From an uncultured Flavobacteriaceae bacterium (GTDB lineage Bacteria > Bacteroidota > Bacteroidia > Flavobacteriales > Flavobacteriaceae), in NCBI GenBank assembly GCA_964489625.1, contig CAZAZM010000011.1, positions 189 to 64,188 on the forward strand: a DNA stretch of 64,000 bases. Direction: 5' to 3'. Of this stretch, positions 21,449-31,406 are shown one piece after another; the stretch's first letter is position 1; each line of letters starts with the position of its first letter. A model generated the notes under the pieces. That model had not been told where the DNA came from, did no database searches, and was given only the letters and a program-made list of their open reading frames with translations. The translations under genes and the position numbers were made by a program.

Positions 21449-22507
21449 ATGACCCTTGAACAACGTATAACGGCCTTTTCAAAACTAGGAGAATTTCTGG
21501 CCCAGTTCACCCCTTCTGGACCTGTGATCGACAAGGGAAATCAGATGAACGAGATTTTTCTGGACCCCTTTCGCATCCAGGTGAAAAGAGCCTTTGAAAG
21601 CAATGGCTGGTTTACGGAAGAAAATGTTTATACGGCTTTTACGGAATGGTCTAAATTGCTCAATGAAAATACGTTGAACACTTGGGCCTCAAGTTATAAT
21701 TTAAATACCGACAGGTCACTTGTGATTGGGGTTGTGATGGCCGGGAACATACCCCTGGTCGGTTTTCACGACTTCGTCTCGGTGTTGATCTCGGGCCATT
21801 CCATCCAGGTGAAGCAGTCCTCCTCGGACGCCTTCTTCCTCCCCCTGATCGCGAGGTTCCTGGAGCATGTGGAACCCGGCTTCAAAGGCCGGATACGTTT
21901 CACGGATGAGCGCCTGTCCGGATTCGATGCCGTGATCGCGACGGGAAGCAACAATACGGCGAGGCACTTCGAATACTATTTCGGGAAGGTCCCCAACATC
22001 ATCCGAAGGAACAGGAATTCCGTAGCGGTGCTCACCGGTGCCGAGACCCCCCGGGAACTCGAGCTCCTCGGGGAAGACATGTTCAGGTATTTCGGGCTGG
22101 GATGCAGGAGCGTCTCCAAGCTATTCGTCCCAAGGGATTACGATTTTGACCTGCTCTTTGGCGCGATCTATCCCTATGGCGACCTGATCAATTATGAAAA
22201 GTACAGGAACAATTACGATTACAACAAGGCGGTCTACCTCATGAGCCAGTTCAAATTGCTGGAAAACGGCTTCGTGATGCTCAAGGAGGATTCCAGCTAT
22301 GCCTCCCCCATTGCAACGATCTTCTACGAGCACTATCCGGACCGGGAAGGCCTCCTCAGCCGACTGGACGCCGACAGGGACCTGATCCAATGCGTCGTGG
22401 CCAGGGATTTTGAAAGGGAGCACGTACGCTTTGGGGAAACGCAAAAACCCGCTCTCTGGGATTATGCCGACGGCATAGACACCCTTGAGTTCCTATCTGA
22501 ATTATAA
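21449..22507 (+). CDS. Acyl-CoA reductase (LuxC-like)
   Basis: MAGNIPLVGFHD, ATGSNNTARHF, YFGLGCRSVSK; conserved partner of the ferredoxin in Bacteroidota. Confidence 0.85.
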   Translation: MTLEQRITAFSKLGEFLAQFTPSGPVIDKGNQMNEIFLDPFRIQVKRAFESNGWFTEENVYTAFTEWSKLLNENTLNTWASSYNLNTDRSLVIGVVMAGNIPLVGFHDFVSVLISGHSIQVKQSSSDAFFLPLIARFLEHVEPGFKGRIRFTDERLSGFDAVIATGSNNTARHFEYYFGKVPNIIRRNRNSVAVLTGAETPRELELLGEDMFRYFGLGCRSVSKLFVPRDYDFDLLFGAIYPYGDLINYEKYRNNYDYNKAVYLMSQFKLLENGFVMLKEDSSYASPIATIFYEHYPDREGLLSRLDADRDLIQCVVARDFEREHVRFGETQKPALWDYADGIDTLEFLSEL

Positions 22508-22516
22508 TGATTCCGG

Positions 22517-23206
22517 CTATTCGAAATTCGTTTCGAGCTGAATGTAGTCCAGCAGCTCCCTCTTTACGGATTCCTCTTTGAATTTCCCACCGTACTCGGC
22601 TGTAACCGTACTGCTGGCGATGTCACCCACTCCGCGGGAATTCACGCAAAGGTGCTTCGCGTCAATGATGCAGGCCACGTCTTCGGTTCCCAGCGCCTTC
22701 TGGAGCGCCTGTACGATCTGCATGTTGAGCCGTTCCTGCACCTGCGGGCGCTTGGCGTAGTACTCGACGATCCGGTTCATCTTGGACAGCCCGATCACCT
22801 TGCCGTTGGAGATATAGGCAACGTGAGCCCGCCCGACTATGGGCAGCAGGTGATGCTCGCAGGTGGAATAGAGCGTAATGTTCTTTTCAACCAGCATCTC
22901 CCCGTATTTGTAGCTGTTCTTGAAGGTGGACAGTTTGGGCTTTCTCTGCGGATTCAGACCGCCGAATATCTCCTGGACGAACATCTTGGCCACGCGCAGG
23001 GGGGTGCCGCTCAGGCTGTCATCGCTCAGATCCATGCCCAGGGTGTGAAGAATATGGGCCACGTCCTTCTCAATGGCCTGTATCTTCTCCTTTTCCGTCA
23101 GGTCGAAAGCGTCCTCCCGCATAGGGTTCTGCGCGGAGCTTGAAATGTGGTTATCCCCCATTTCATCTATGGTTTCGTTCAGTTTCCCGTCCTGTCCTTC
23201 AAACAT
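22517..23206 (-). CDS. folE: GTP cyclohydrolase I
   Basis: STCEHHLLP, GLSKMNRIV, RPQVQERL, HLCVNSRG; TATTTTTG box at 23227-23234. Confidence 0.95.
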   Translation of the reverse strand: MFEGQDGKLNETIDEMGDNHISSSAQNPMREDAFDLTEKEKIQAIEKDVAHILHTLGMDLSDDSLSGTPLRVAKMFVQEIFGGLNPQRKPKLSTFKNSYKYGEMLVEKNITLYSTCEHHLLPIVGRAHVAYISNGKVIGLSKMNRIVEYYAKRPQVQERLNMQIVQALQKALGTEDVACIIDAKHLCVNSRGVGDIASSTVTAEYGGKFKEESVKRELLDYIQLETNFE

Positions 23207-23259
23207 CTTCGAAAGGTTTTAGTCTGCAAAAATACAACATTGGGTCCAAATTACGACCC

Positions 23260-24624
23260 TCATCCCCGTATTAGTCGCTTTAATTCCTCCTGATTACAGG
23301 ACACCTGCTCCCCCGAGCCCATGTCCTTTAAGGTAAACCTTCCCTCCTCGATCTCCTTGGCGCCGGCCAGCACCACGTAGGGAATCTCTCTCCTGTCGGC
23401 GTACGCCATTTGCTTCTTCATTTTCGCGGCGTCCGGATACAGCTCTGAACGTATGCCCTGGTCCCTGAGCGACTGTATGGCCTTAAGGGCATACCGGGCC
23501 TCCTCTTCACCGAAATTGGCGAACAGGGCCCTGGGGCCTTTCACCACGTCCTCTCCGAAAAGTCCAAGCTCCTCGAGCACCAGGTAGATGCGGTCGAGTC
23601 CGAAGGAGATCCCGACGCCGCTGGTGCCTTTTAGCCCAAAGATCCCCGTCAGGTCATCGTATCTTCCCCCACCTCCTATGGAGCCGATGCTCACCTTGTC
23701 GGTCTGCACCTCGAAGATGGCGCCGGTATAGTAGTTCAATCCCCTTGCGAGGGTGAGGTCCAGTTCGAGCTGGGCTGACTTGAGCCCCAGCTCCTCTATG
23801 TTCCTGACCACGAACCTGAGCTCCTCCACGCCCCTAGAGCCTTCTTCAGACCCGGCGAGCAGGGTTTGCAGTGAGTCGAGCTTCTCCAGGTTGCCCCCCT
23901 TTAGCTCGAAGACGGGATCCAAACGCGACAGGGCCTCATCGGGAATTCCCTTGGCTCTCATCTCATTGAGAACGCCCTCCTGCCCCACCTTGTCAAGCTT
24001 GTCCAGTGCAACGGTGAAATCCACCAGTTTGTCAGCCGCCCCGATCAGCTCCGCGATCCCGGCCAGGATCTTCCTGTTGTTGATCTTTATCCGCACTCCC
24101 TCCAGTTTCAGTCGGGTGAAGACCGCGTCGTAAAGGCAGGCGAACTCCACCTCCTGCCAAAGGCTGTCGCTTCCCACGACATCCGCATCGCACTGGTAGA
24201 ACTCCCTGAACCTTCCTTTCTGTGGGCGGTCTGCCCTCCATACGGGCTGGATCTGGTAGCGCTTGAAAGGGAAGACCAGTTCGTTCTGGTGCTGCACGAC
24301 GTAGCGTGCAAAGGGTACGGTCAGGTCATAGCGAAGCGCCTTTTCACTGATCTTCGGCGTGATCTTGTTCAGGTCCCTCTGCTCAAGGCTCTGATCCGAT
24401 ACCTTTTGGAGGAAGTCACCTGAGTTAAGGATCTTGAATATCAGCCTGTCTCCCTCCTCCCCGTATTTTCCCATCAGGGTGCTCGAATTCTCAAAGGAAG
24501 GCGTCTCAATGGGCTCAAAGCCATAGAGCTCGAAGATCTCTCTTACGGTTTCAAAAATATATCTTCTCTTGGCGATCTCCGCAGAGGAGAAGTCTCTGGT
24601 TCCTTTTGGAATGCTGGGTTTCAT
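23260..24624 (-). CDS. hisS: Histidyl-tRNA synthetase
   Basis: [52 protein letters not shown]; start set at ATG 24624. Confidence 0.97.
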   Translation of the reverse strand: MKPSIPKGTRDFSSAEIAKRRYIFETVREIFELYGFEPIETPSFENSSTLMGKYGEEGDRLIFKILNSGDFLQKVSDQSLEQRDLNKITPKISEKALRYDLTVPFARYVVQHQNELVFPFKRYQIQPVWRADRPQKGRFREFYQCDADVVGSDSLWQEVEFACLYDAVFTRLKLEGVRIKINNRKILAGIAELIGAADKLVDFTVALDKLDKVGQEGVLNEMRAKGIPDEALSRLDPVFELKGGNLEKLDSLQTLLAGSEEGSRGVEELRFVVRNIEELGLKSAQLELDLTLARGLNYYTGAIFEVQTDKVSIGSIGGGGRYDDLTGIFGLKGTSGVGISFGLDRIYLVLEELGLFGEDVVKGPRALFANFGEEEARYALKAIQSLRDQGIRSELYPDAAKMKKQMAYADRREIPYVVLAGAKEIEEGRFTLKDMGSGEQVSCNQEELKRLIRG

Positions 24625-24777
24625 TGTGCTTGATTCGATTTTTCTCATGCGGCTTCAGGCATTTTGCCCGGGCCGGAAGCAAATATCCGAAATTAATTCC
24701 TTTTGCCCTTCCCGGGAGGCAGCATAAGGTTTCATTTTCATTTTTTCTAGGCAAATTTCTGTTATATTGCATCCACT

Positions 24778-26193
24778 ATGAAGGGAATCTTCCATTTGCT
24801 CATTTTGCTCCTTGTCCTCCCTGTCTGTGCACAACGCCAGGAGGGAATGATGACGAATATGGTCCTTTCGGAACCGGGAAAGATGCTGCAGGAGTATCTC
24901 CAGATTCCCTCGGAGAGCGGCAAGGAGTCGGAGGCGGGATCCTATCTGAAGGAGATCTGCCGAAGCAGGGGACTTCATGTCACGGACATGGGTCGGCAGG
25001 ACGGGCAATACAATTTCATGGCCTCCCTCTTTCCCCTGGAGTCCAACAAGCCCAACATCATTCTGCTCAACCACCTCGACGTGGTGCCCGAGAGCGATTA
25101 CAATGCCTTCGGCCCCTATTCGGGAGTCGTGGAGAACGGCAATCTTTACGGGAGGGGAGCCATTGACAACAAAGGGGCTGCCATCATGCAGCTGGCTGCC
25201 CTGCTGAGGATCCGGGAACGGGAGAACTACCAGGACAGCGAATACAACATCAGCGTCCTTTCCGTCTCTTGCGAGGAGACTCAATGTGACGGAGGAATAA
25301 ACTACGTGCTGGAGAATTATTGGAACGAGCTCAATGCGGCGGTCGTGATCGGAGAAGGACCCACCGAGATCACGGAGCTGCTGGAGGGCGAGTTTCCGCA
25401 GCCGATCTTCGGCATCTCCCTGGCGCACAAGAGAGCCTACTGGTTGGAACTGGAGCTGGAGATCGAGACAGTGGGACACGGATCCGTAACGCCAAACACC
25501 TACGCCAACAAAGAGCTGGTAGCTGCCCTCGAGAACCTGACCCGCAAAAAGCAAAAAGCCATCTTCAACGATGTGAACACGAGATTCCTCAAGGAAATGG
25601 CTCAGTACAGGACGGGGGCCCAGCGACTTGCCCTGAAGCACCCCAGGCTCTTCAAGGCCTTGCTGGTGCCTCAGTTGAGAAAGTCACCCGAGCTGTTCTC
25701 GATCTTCTCGAACACCGTGACCCTGACCAACCTGAGCTCAAACAGCCAGGCCCTGAATACGAACTCCAGCATCGCAACGGCAGGTTTAGACTGCCGTCTT
25801 TTACCGGAAACGGATGAGATCGCCTTTGCGGAAGAGATCAGGAAGCGCCTGAAGAACGACAAAATACGGATTCGAGTGGTCAAGTCCACTCCCAGGAACA
25901 AACCCAGCCCGGCCAGTAGCCTTTTCCACAAGAACCTCAGGGAGGCGATAGTGGAGAACTATCCCCAGGCGACCACGATGAACCTGCTGATGCCCAACAT
26001 CAATGACATGGGCTATTTCAGGGCCAAGGGCGTTCCGTCATACGGAAGCATTCCGATCAACCTGAGCAGGATACAGGCAAAGAGCATACATGGAGACGAC
26101 GAATACATTTCCCTGAAATCCCTGGACGAAGGGACCAACGTGTTCTACATATTCCTCAAGAAAATGATCTATTACCGCACGGATGCAAAATAA
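24778..26193 (+). CDS. M20/M25/M40 metallo-hydrolase with a signal peptide
   Basis: LLNHLDVVP, YGRGAIDNKG, CEET, GEG, IHGDDE metal ligands. Confidence 0.88.
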   Translation: MKGIFHLLILLLVLPVCAQRQEGMMTNMVLSEPGKMLQEYLQIPSESGKESEAGSYLKEICRSRGLHVTDMGRQDGQYNFMASLFPLESNKPNIILLNHLDVVPESDYNAFGPYSGVVENGNLYGRGAIDNKGAAIMQLAALLRIRERENYQDSEYNISVLSVSCEETQCDGGINYVLENYWNELNAAVVIGEGPTEITELLEGEFPQPIFGISLAHKRAYWLELELEIETVGHGSVTPNTYANKELVAALENLTRKKQKAIFNDVNTRFLKEMAQYRTGAQRLALKHPRLFKALLVPQLRKSPELFSIFSNTVTLTNLSSNSQALNTNSSIATAGLDCRLLPETDEIAFAEEIRKRLKNDKIRIRVVKSTPRNKPSPASSLFHKNLREAIVENYPQATTMNLLMPNINDMGYFRAKGVPSYGSIPINLSRIQAKSIHGDDEYISLKSLDEGTNVFYIFLKKMIYYRTDAK

Positions 26194-26195
26194 AA

Positions 26196-26220
26196 AGGGC
26201 GCTCATGTGAATGGCGCCCT
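26196..26220. terminator. Hairpin between convergent M20 and yidC
   Basis: AGGGCGC-t-CAT-gtga-ATG-GCGCCCT with an A-run on the left. Confidence 0.5.
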
Positions 26221-26228
26221 AAGTGTTA

Positions 26229-28148
26229 TTATTTGATCTTCCGCTGTCTCTCCTGCTGCTCCTGGGCTTGCTTCATCGCCTCGTCAAGACGCTGCCTGAA
26301 GGCGCTCTTCTTCTTTTCCGGGCGCTTCTTGTTCTCCTGGATCTGGGCATGGATCTTGTCTTCATCGATGATGAAGTGCTTGATGACCAGCATGATCGCA
26401 ATGGTCAGCAAGTTGGACACGAAATAGTACAAACTGAGGCTGCTCGCATAGCTGTTGAAGAAGAACATCATCATGATTGGCGAGAACCACATCATCATCT
26501 TCATCATCTTCTGCATGTCGGGCATGCCTTCCTGCTGGGGCTGCTGCATGTTCATCTGCTGGCTCTGCGTCATCTGCATGTAGAAGAAGATCGCAACGGA
26601 GGCTAGTATGGGAAAAAGGCTCACGTGGTCCCCGTAAAAGGGGATCTTGAAGGGAAGCTTCAACACCTCGTCATAGGCCGAAAGGTCATCAGCCCATAGG
26701 AATCCGTGCTGTCGTATGTCGATATTGGCCGGGAAGAAACGGAACAGCGCGAAGAAGACCGGCATCTGGATCAGGGCCGGGACGCATCCCGAAAGTGGAT
26801 TCACTCCCGCCTTTCGCTGCAGCGCCATGGTCTCCTGTTGCCTTTTCATCGCATTCTCCTTGCCCGGGAATTTCTCGTTGATCTCCACCATCTCCGGTCT
26901 CAGCACCTTCATTTTGGCGCTGGAGAGATAGGACTTGTAAACCACCGGGGACATTATGATCCGAACGACGATGGTCATCAGGATGATCACGATCCCGTAA
27001 TTGCCGATCAGGGAGCTTAGCACGCTGAATACCGGGATGAACACGAACTTGTTGATCCACCTGAAGATTCCCCATCCCAGGCTGACGATCCTGTCGAGCT
27101 GCCTTCCCTCGTACTGGCTGAGCACGGCATAGTCCACCGGGCCGTAATACATGTTCATGCTGTAGTCGAGCGCACCGTTTTTCGCCTGCAGCGGGATGGC
27201 AGCCGTGTACAGCTTGGTGTATACCGTGTCGATGTCCTCGTCCTTCACCAGGTTGACAGACTTCAGGTTGGCAGATTCAAAGGGCTCGTCGGTCAGCAGC
27301 ACCGAGGTGAAGAACTGCTGCTTGAACGCGATCCATTCCACCTGGCGGGCCTCCTCCTCGTCTTCATCACTCATGGCGTTCATGTATTCGAACTCCCCGT
27401 CCTGCAGGTACCTGAGGTCGGTGTACTGGTTCTCGTACTTGATGCTCTTCTCCGTTCGAAAGCTTCTGACCCTCCAGTTCAGGTCAATGGCCTCTGAGGT
27501 GTTGATCGCAGCGTCCATTCCTTGTGACCTCAGGGCGAAATCGAGCATATAGTCATCGGGTTTAAGCTCATAGCGGTATTCCAGGTACCTGTCTGCGGCA
27601 ACCTTTAGCTTCATCGAGAGCACCTGGTTGTCCCCGTTCTGGGTCAGCTCAGGCTCAAAATAAAGGTCCTTGGTCTGCAGGTTCCTGTTGTCCTGAGTGG
27701 CGAAGGAAATATTGAACAGTGCGTTCTGATCCCTGATGACGTACAGGGGTTTCTGGTCGAAGGTCTTGTAATTCTTCAGCAGCACCTCGCTGATCTGACC
27801 TCCCTTGTTCGAGACCTTGATCCGGACCAGTTCATTCTCCAGGACCGTCTCAGCGTCTGATGCCGAAGGAAGCATGGAACTGTAGGCGAACACTCCCAGC
27901 CGGTTGCGGGCATCTGCCATTGAGGTTGAGTCGGCACTCCCCGCCAGAGGGTTTTGCACCGGGGCCACTGCAGCATCCGGCACCTCGGCATCGGCTTTCG
28001 CGTTCCGCACAGAGTCTGCCACCTGCTCCATCTTCTGGCTCTCCAACTGCTCGGGCGTGGGCTGGTTCATGTAAAAGTACCAGATCATGATCGCTCCAAG
28101 CAGCACAAAACCGATCAGGGAATTGAGGTCAAATTTATTTTCTTCCAT
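26229..28148 (-). CDS. yidC: Membrane protein insertase YidC
   Basis: MEENKFDLNSLIGF start (ATG 28148), GWGIF, NYGIVII, GCVPALIQMPVFFALFRFFP; TACATTTG box at 28179-28186. Confidence 0.95.
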   Translation of the reverse strand: MEENKFDLNSLIGFVLLGAIMIWYFYMNQPTPEQLESQKMEQVADSVRNAKADAEVPDAAVAPVQNPLAGSADSTSMADARNRLGVFAYSSMLPSASDAETVLENELVRIKVSNKGGQISEVLLKNYKTFDQKPLYVIRDQNALFNISFATQDNRNLQTKDLYFEPELTQNGDNQVLSMKLKVAADRYLEYRYELKPDDYMLDFALRSQGMDAAINTSEAIDLNWRVRSFRTEKSIKYENQYTDLRYLQDGEFEYMNAMSDEDEEEARQVEWIAFKQQFFTSVLLTDEPFESANLKSVNLVKDEDIDTVYTKLYTAAIPLQAKNGALDYSMNMYYGPVDYAVLSQYEGRQLDRIVSLGWGIFRWINKFVFIPVFSVLSSLIGNYGIVIILMTIVVRIIMSPVVYKSYLSSAKMKVLRPEMVEINEKFPGKENAMKRQQETMALQRKAGVNPLSGCVPALIQMPVFFALFRFFPANIDIRQHGFLWADDLSAYDEVLKLPFKIPFYGDHVSLFPILASVAIFFYMQMTQSQQMNMQQPQQEGMPDMQKMMKMMMWFSPIMMMFFFNSYASSLSLYYFVSNLLTIAIMLVIKHFIIDEDKIHAQIQENKKRPEKKKSAFRQRLDEAMKQAQEQQERQRKIK

Positions 28149-28233
28149 GGTTTGTTCCGACTTTTTGAAAAGATGCGGCAAATGTACTAAAAACAAGGTA
28201 TTATTTCCTCAAGAAAAGGACAAAATGCGTCTG

Positions 28234-28887
28234 TCAGCTACGCTCTAGCCTGTCCCTGAAAACGAACATGAGCACGATGGGGATGGCCAGGACGATCACA
28301 ATAAGCCTGTTGTTCATCAGTACATTGGGATACAGCAGTATGGTCAGGAGGAAGCCTCCTATGGCTCCTCCCAGGTGGGCGCTGTGCCCTATGTTCCCCC
28401 ATTGCTTTTTCATCCCGAACATGGAATAGAGCAGGTATCCGACCCCGAAGACATATGCGGGTATGGGTATGGGAATGAAGAAGAGATACAGGTTCATGCC
28501 CGGGTTCAGCATGATGGCCGAGTACACCACGCCCATCACGGCTCCGGAGGCTCCCACGGCACTGTAGTAAGGCTCCTTCTTGTGAAAGTTCAGCGCGAAA
28601 AGGTTTCCCGCCAACAGGGAACCGAAGTAGATCGCCAGAAACCTCGGGGTGCCGATGTAACGCATCACAGGGTCGGCGAAGAAGTACAGTGTGAGCATGT
28701 TGAAGAACAGGTGGGAGGCATCTACGTGCAAAAAACCCGAAGTGAGCATGCGGATCTTCTCCCCCTTTACCACCGGTCCGATCTGAAATTTGTACTTCTC
28801 GAAAAACCACCGGTCCTTGAATCCCTTGTACGAGACCACGATATTGGCAATAATGATCAATAGAACGGTTGTGTCCATGAACTCCAT
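28234..28887 (-). CDS. Rhomboid-family intramembrane serine protease
   Basis: HLFFNM, GASGAV catalytic Ser, AHLGG catalytic His. Confidence 0.92.
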   Translation of the reverse strand: MEFMDTTVLLIIIANIVVSYKGFKDRWFFEKYKFQIGPVVKGEKIRMLTSGFLHVDASHLFFNMLTLYFFADPVMRYIGTPRFLAIYFGSLLAGNLFALNFHKKEPYYSAVGASGAVMGVVYSAIMLNPGMNLYLFFIPIPIPAYVFGVGYLLYSMFGMKKQWGNIGHSAHLGGAIGGFLLTILLYPNVLMNNRLIVIVLAIPIVLMFVFRDRLERS

Positions 28888-29040
28888 AAAATCCGAATTT
28901 GGCCCCTGCAGTGCAGGGTGTCTGAATACTTCTCAGGGCTACGAATTTATTAATTCTCGATGACAAAGTTGAGCCCGGGCCGGACATTTATGACTTCCAA
29001 TAGAAATATTAATCCGATATTTGCCCCATAATGCTCCTGC

Positions 29041-29925
29041 ATGCAATTGATCGTCTACATACTGACCTTTCCGCTGCTTTGGCTCTTCTCCATGCTGCCC
29101 ATGCGGGTGCTGTTCCTGCTCTCCGACCTGGTCTATTACATCCTCTATTACCTGGTTCGCTACCGGAGAAAGGTGGTCCGTCAGAATTTGAGGCTCTCCT
29201 TTCCGGACAAGTCGGAGGAAGAGCTGAAGCGCATAGAGAAAAAGACCTTCCGGCACTTCGTGGACGTCTTCTTCGAGATGATCAAGTCTTTCACGATCAG
29301 TGAGAAGGAGATCTCGAGAAGGCTTTCGATAACGAACCCGGAACTGCTCGACCCCTATTATGACAAGGGGCAGAGCGTGATCTTCCTTTCCGGGCATTAC
29401 GCCAATTGGGAATGGGTTTCCTTCATCGTGGAGAAAAGCCTGAACTACCACATGAGCGTGGTATATAAAAAGCTGAAGAACAAATACTTCGATCGCCTGA
29501 TGAAAAAGACCCGGAACAAATTCGGGGTCCGTTTCGTGGAGACCAAGGAATTCTATCCGGAGATCCTGAGGAACAAGAAGGAAGGGATCATCCAGGCCTA
29601 TGGCTTCCTTGCCGACCAGTCACCCAAGCTGAAGATGGCCAAGTACTGGGACACTTTCATGGACATTGAGGTCCCGGTGGTCATTGGCCCGGAGACCATA
29701 GCCAGGAAGATGAACTACCCGGTGTTCTATTTCCAGACCGAACAGGTCCGCAGGGGAGTATACCGATCCACCTTCCTGCTTTTGGAGGACGAGCCGGCCA
29801 AAGCCGAGCTCTACTCGACCACGAAAAGATACCTGAACGCCCTGGAAGACCAGATCAGGAAGCAGCCTGAATTCTATTTCTGGACCCACAAGCGCTTCAA
29901 GCACATGGGCAAAAAGTCACAGTAG
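29041..29925 (+). CDS. LpxL/HtrB-like lipid A / lysophospholipid acyltransferase
   Basis: N-terminal TM, GHYANWEW, ADQSP, FWTHKRFK. Confidence 0.88.
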   Translation: MQLIVYILTFPLLWLFSMLPMRVLFLLSDLVYYILYYLVRYRRKVVRQNLRLSFPDKSEEELKRIEKKTFRHFVDVFFEMIKSFTISEKEISRRLSITNPELLDPYYDKGQSVIFLSGHYANWEWVSFIVEKSLNYHMSVVYKKLKNKYFDRLMKKTRNKFGVRFVETKEFYPEILRNKKEGIIQAYGFLADQSPKLKMAKYWDTFMDIEVPVVIGPETIARKMNYPVFYFQTEQVRRGVYRSTFLLLEDEPAKAELYSTTKRYLNALEDQIRKQPEFYFWTHKRFKHMGKKSQ

Positions 29926-31392
29926 ATCTCCAAACCAGTCCTTGACCAGCTTGTGCTCTGCAGGAGTAAAGGTCTTGTGCGTGAACTCCCCGGTGTGGGG
30001 ATTGTAGTCATAGTCCTCTGACCATTGCTCGAAATTGGCAGCCAGAGACCTAATGCTTTCGCAGATGTATTCCACCTCCTGGTCAGTGGTCGTGGGGTGG
30101 ATGGACATCCTGATCCATCCCGGTCGCTCAATGTCGCAGCCCTGGTCGATCTTGTCGATCATCTCCCTGGACTGCTGCTGGTCAACGTGAAGCAGGAAAT
30201 GCCCGTAGGTACCTGCGCAGGAGCATCCTCCCCGCGTCTGTATTCCAAAGCGATCGTTGAGGAGCTTCACTCCCAAATTGTAGTGCAGCTTGTCAATGTA
30301 AAACGAGAATATCCCCAGTCGGTTGCTGTGCTGGCCGGCAAGCAGGGTCAGATTCTCTATGCCCTGGAGTCGCTCAAAGACGACCTTTACGATCTCTTCC
30401 TCGCGCCTGTGGATGTTCTCCACGCCCATCTTCTCCTTCAGGCGGATGGCCAGTGCGATCCGTATCGTCTGCAGGAAACCGGGGGTTCCTCCGTCTTCCC
30501 GGGTCTCTATGTCATCCAGGTACCTGTGCTCTCCCCAGGGGTTGGTCCAGTTCACCGTTCCCCCTCCCGGGTTGTCCGGTATCATGTTGTGATAAAGCGA
30601 CTTGTTGAAGATAAGAACGCCGGAAGTCCCGGGTCCTCCCAAAAACTTATGCGGTGAGAAAAAGATAGCGTCCAGGCATTCGAGCTTGTCCTTCGGGTTC
30701 ATGTCTATGGACACATAGGGCGCCGAGCAGGCGAAATCGACAAAGCAGTAGCCCCCGTGCTCGTGCATGATCCGTGCGATCCTGTGGTAGTCGGTCTGCA
30801 GTCCGGTCACATTGGAACAGCCCGTAACCGAAGCGATCTTCATGCTCTTGTGCTCGTATTTCCTCAGCAGCCCGGGCAGGCTGTCATAATCCACCAGGCC
30901 CTCCTCGTCACAGGGGATGATCTCCACATCCGCGATCGTCTCCAGCCAGGAGGTCTGGTTCGAGTGGTGCTCCATGTGGGTTATGAAAACCACTGGCTTC
31001 TTGTCTTCGGGTATGTGGTCCCTGAGCTCCTTCAGGTTCTCGGAGACCTTGATGCCCAAAATGCGCTGGAACTTGTTGACCACCCCGGTCATCCCGGTGC
31101 CTTCCGTGATCAGGGCGCAATCCGGACCTGCATTCACATGCTTCTTGATGATCTCCCTTGCCTGGTGATAGGCCAGGGTCATTGCAGAGCCTGAGAAGGT
31201 GGTCTCGGTATGGGTGTTGGCCACAAAAGGGCCGAATTCGTTCAGCATCTTTTCCTCGATCGGACGGTACAGTCTTCCGCTGGCCGTCCAGTCGGCATAG
31301 ATCATCTTCTTCCTCCCATACGGGGTTTCAAAGTATTCGTCGATTCCGATGATGTCCTTTCTGAACCGGTTGAAGTATTCCTCTAAGCTCAT
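29917..31392 (-). CDS. Class V PLP aminotransferase / cysteine-desulfurase-like protein
   Basis: YADWTASGR, EHHSNQTSW, FSPHKFLGGPG, RGGCSCAGTYGH; start set at MSLEEYF. Confidence 0.9.
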   Translation of the reverse strand: MSLEEYFNRFRKDIIGIDEYFETPYGRKKMIYADWTASGRLYRPIEEKMLNEFGPFVANTHTETTFSGSAMTLAYHQAREIIKKHVNAGPDCALITEGTGMTGVVNKFQRILGIKVSENLKELRDHIPEDKKPVVFITHMEHHSNQTSWLETIADVEIIPCDEEGLVDYDSLPGLLRKYEHKSMKIASVTGCSNVTGLQTDYHRIARIMHEHGGYCFVDFACSAPYVSIDMNPKDKLECLDAIFFSPHKFLGGPGTSGVLIFNKSLYHNMIPDNPGGGTVNWTNPWGEHRYLDDIETREDGGTPGFLQTIRIALAIRLKEKMGVENIHRREEEIVKVVFERLQGIENLTLLAGQHSNRLGIFSFYIDKLHYNLGVKLLNDRFGIQTRGGCSCAGTYGHFLLHVDQQQSREMIDKIDQGCDIERPGWIRMSIHPTTTDQEVEYICESIRSLAANFEQWSEDYDYNPHTGEFTHKTFTPAEHKLVKDWFGDLL

Positions 31393-31406
31393 AATCTCTC
31401 CCGGGA

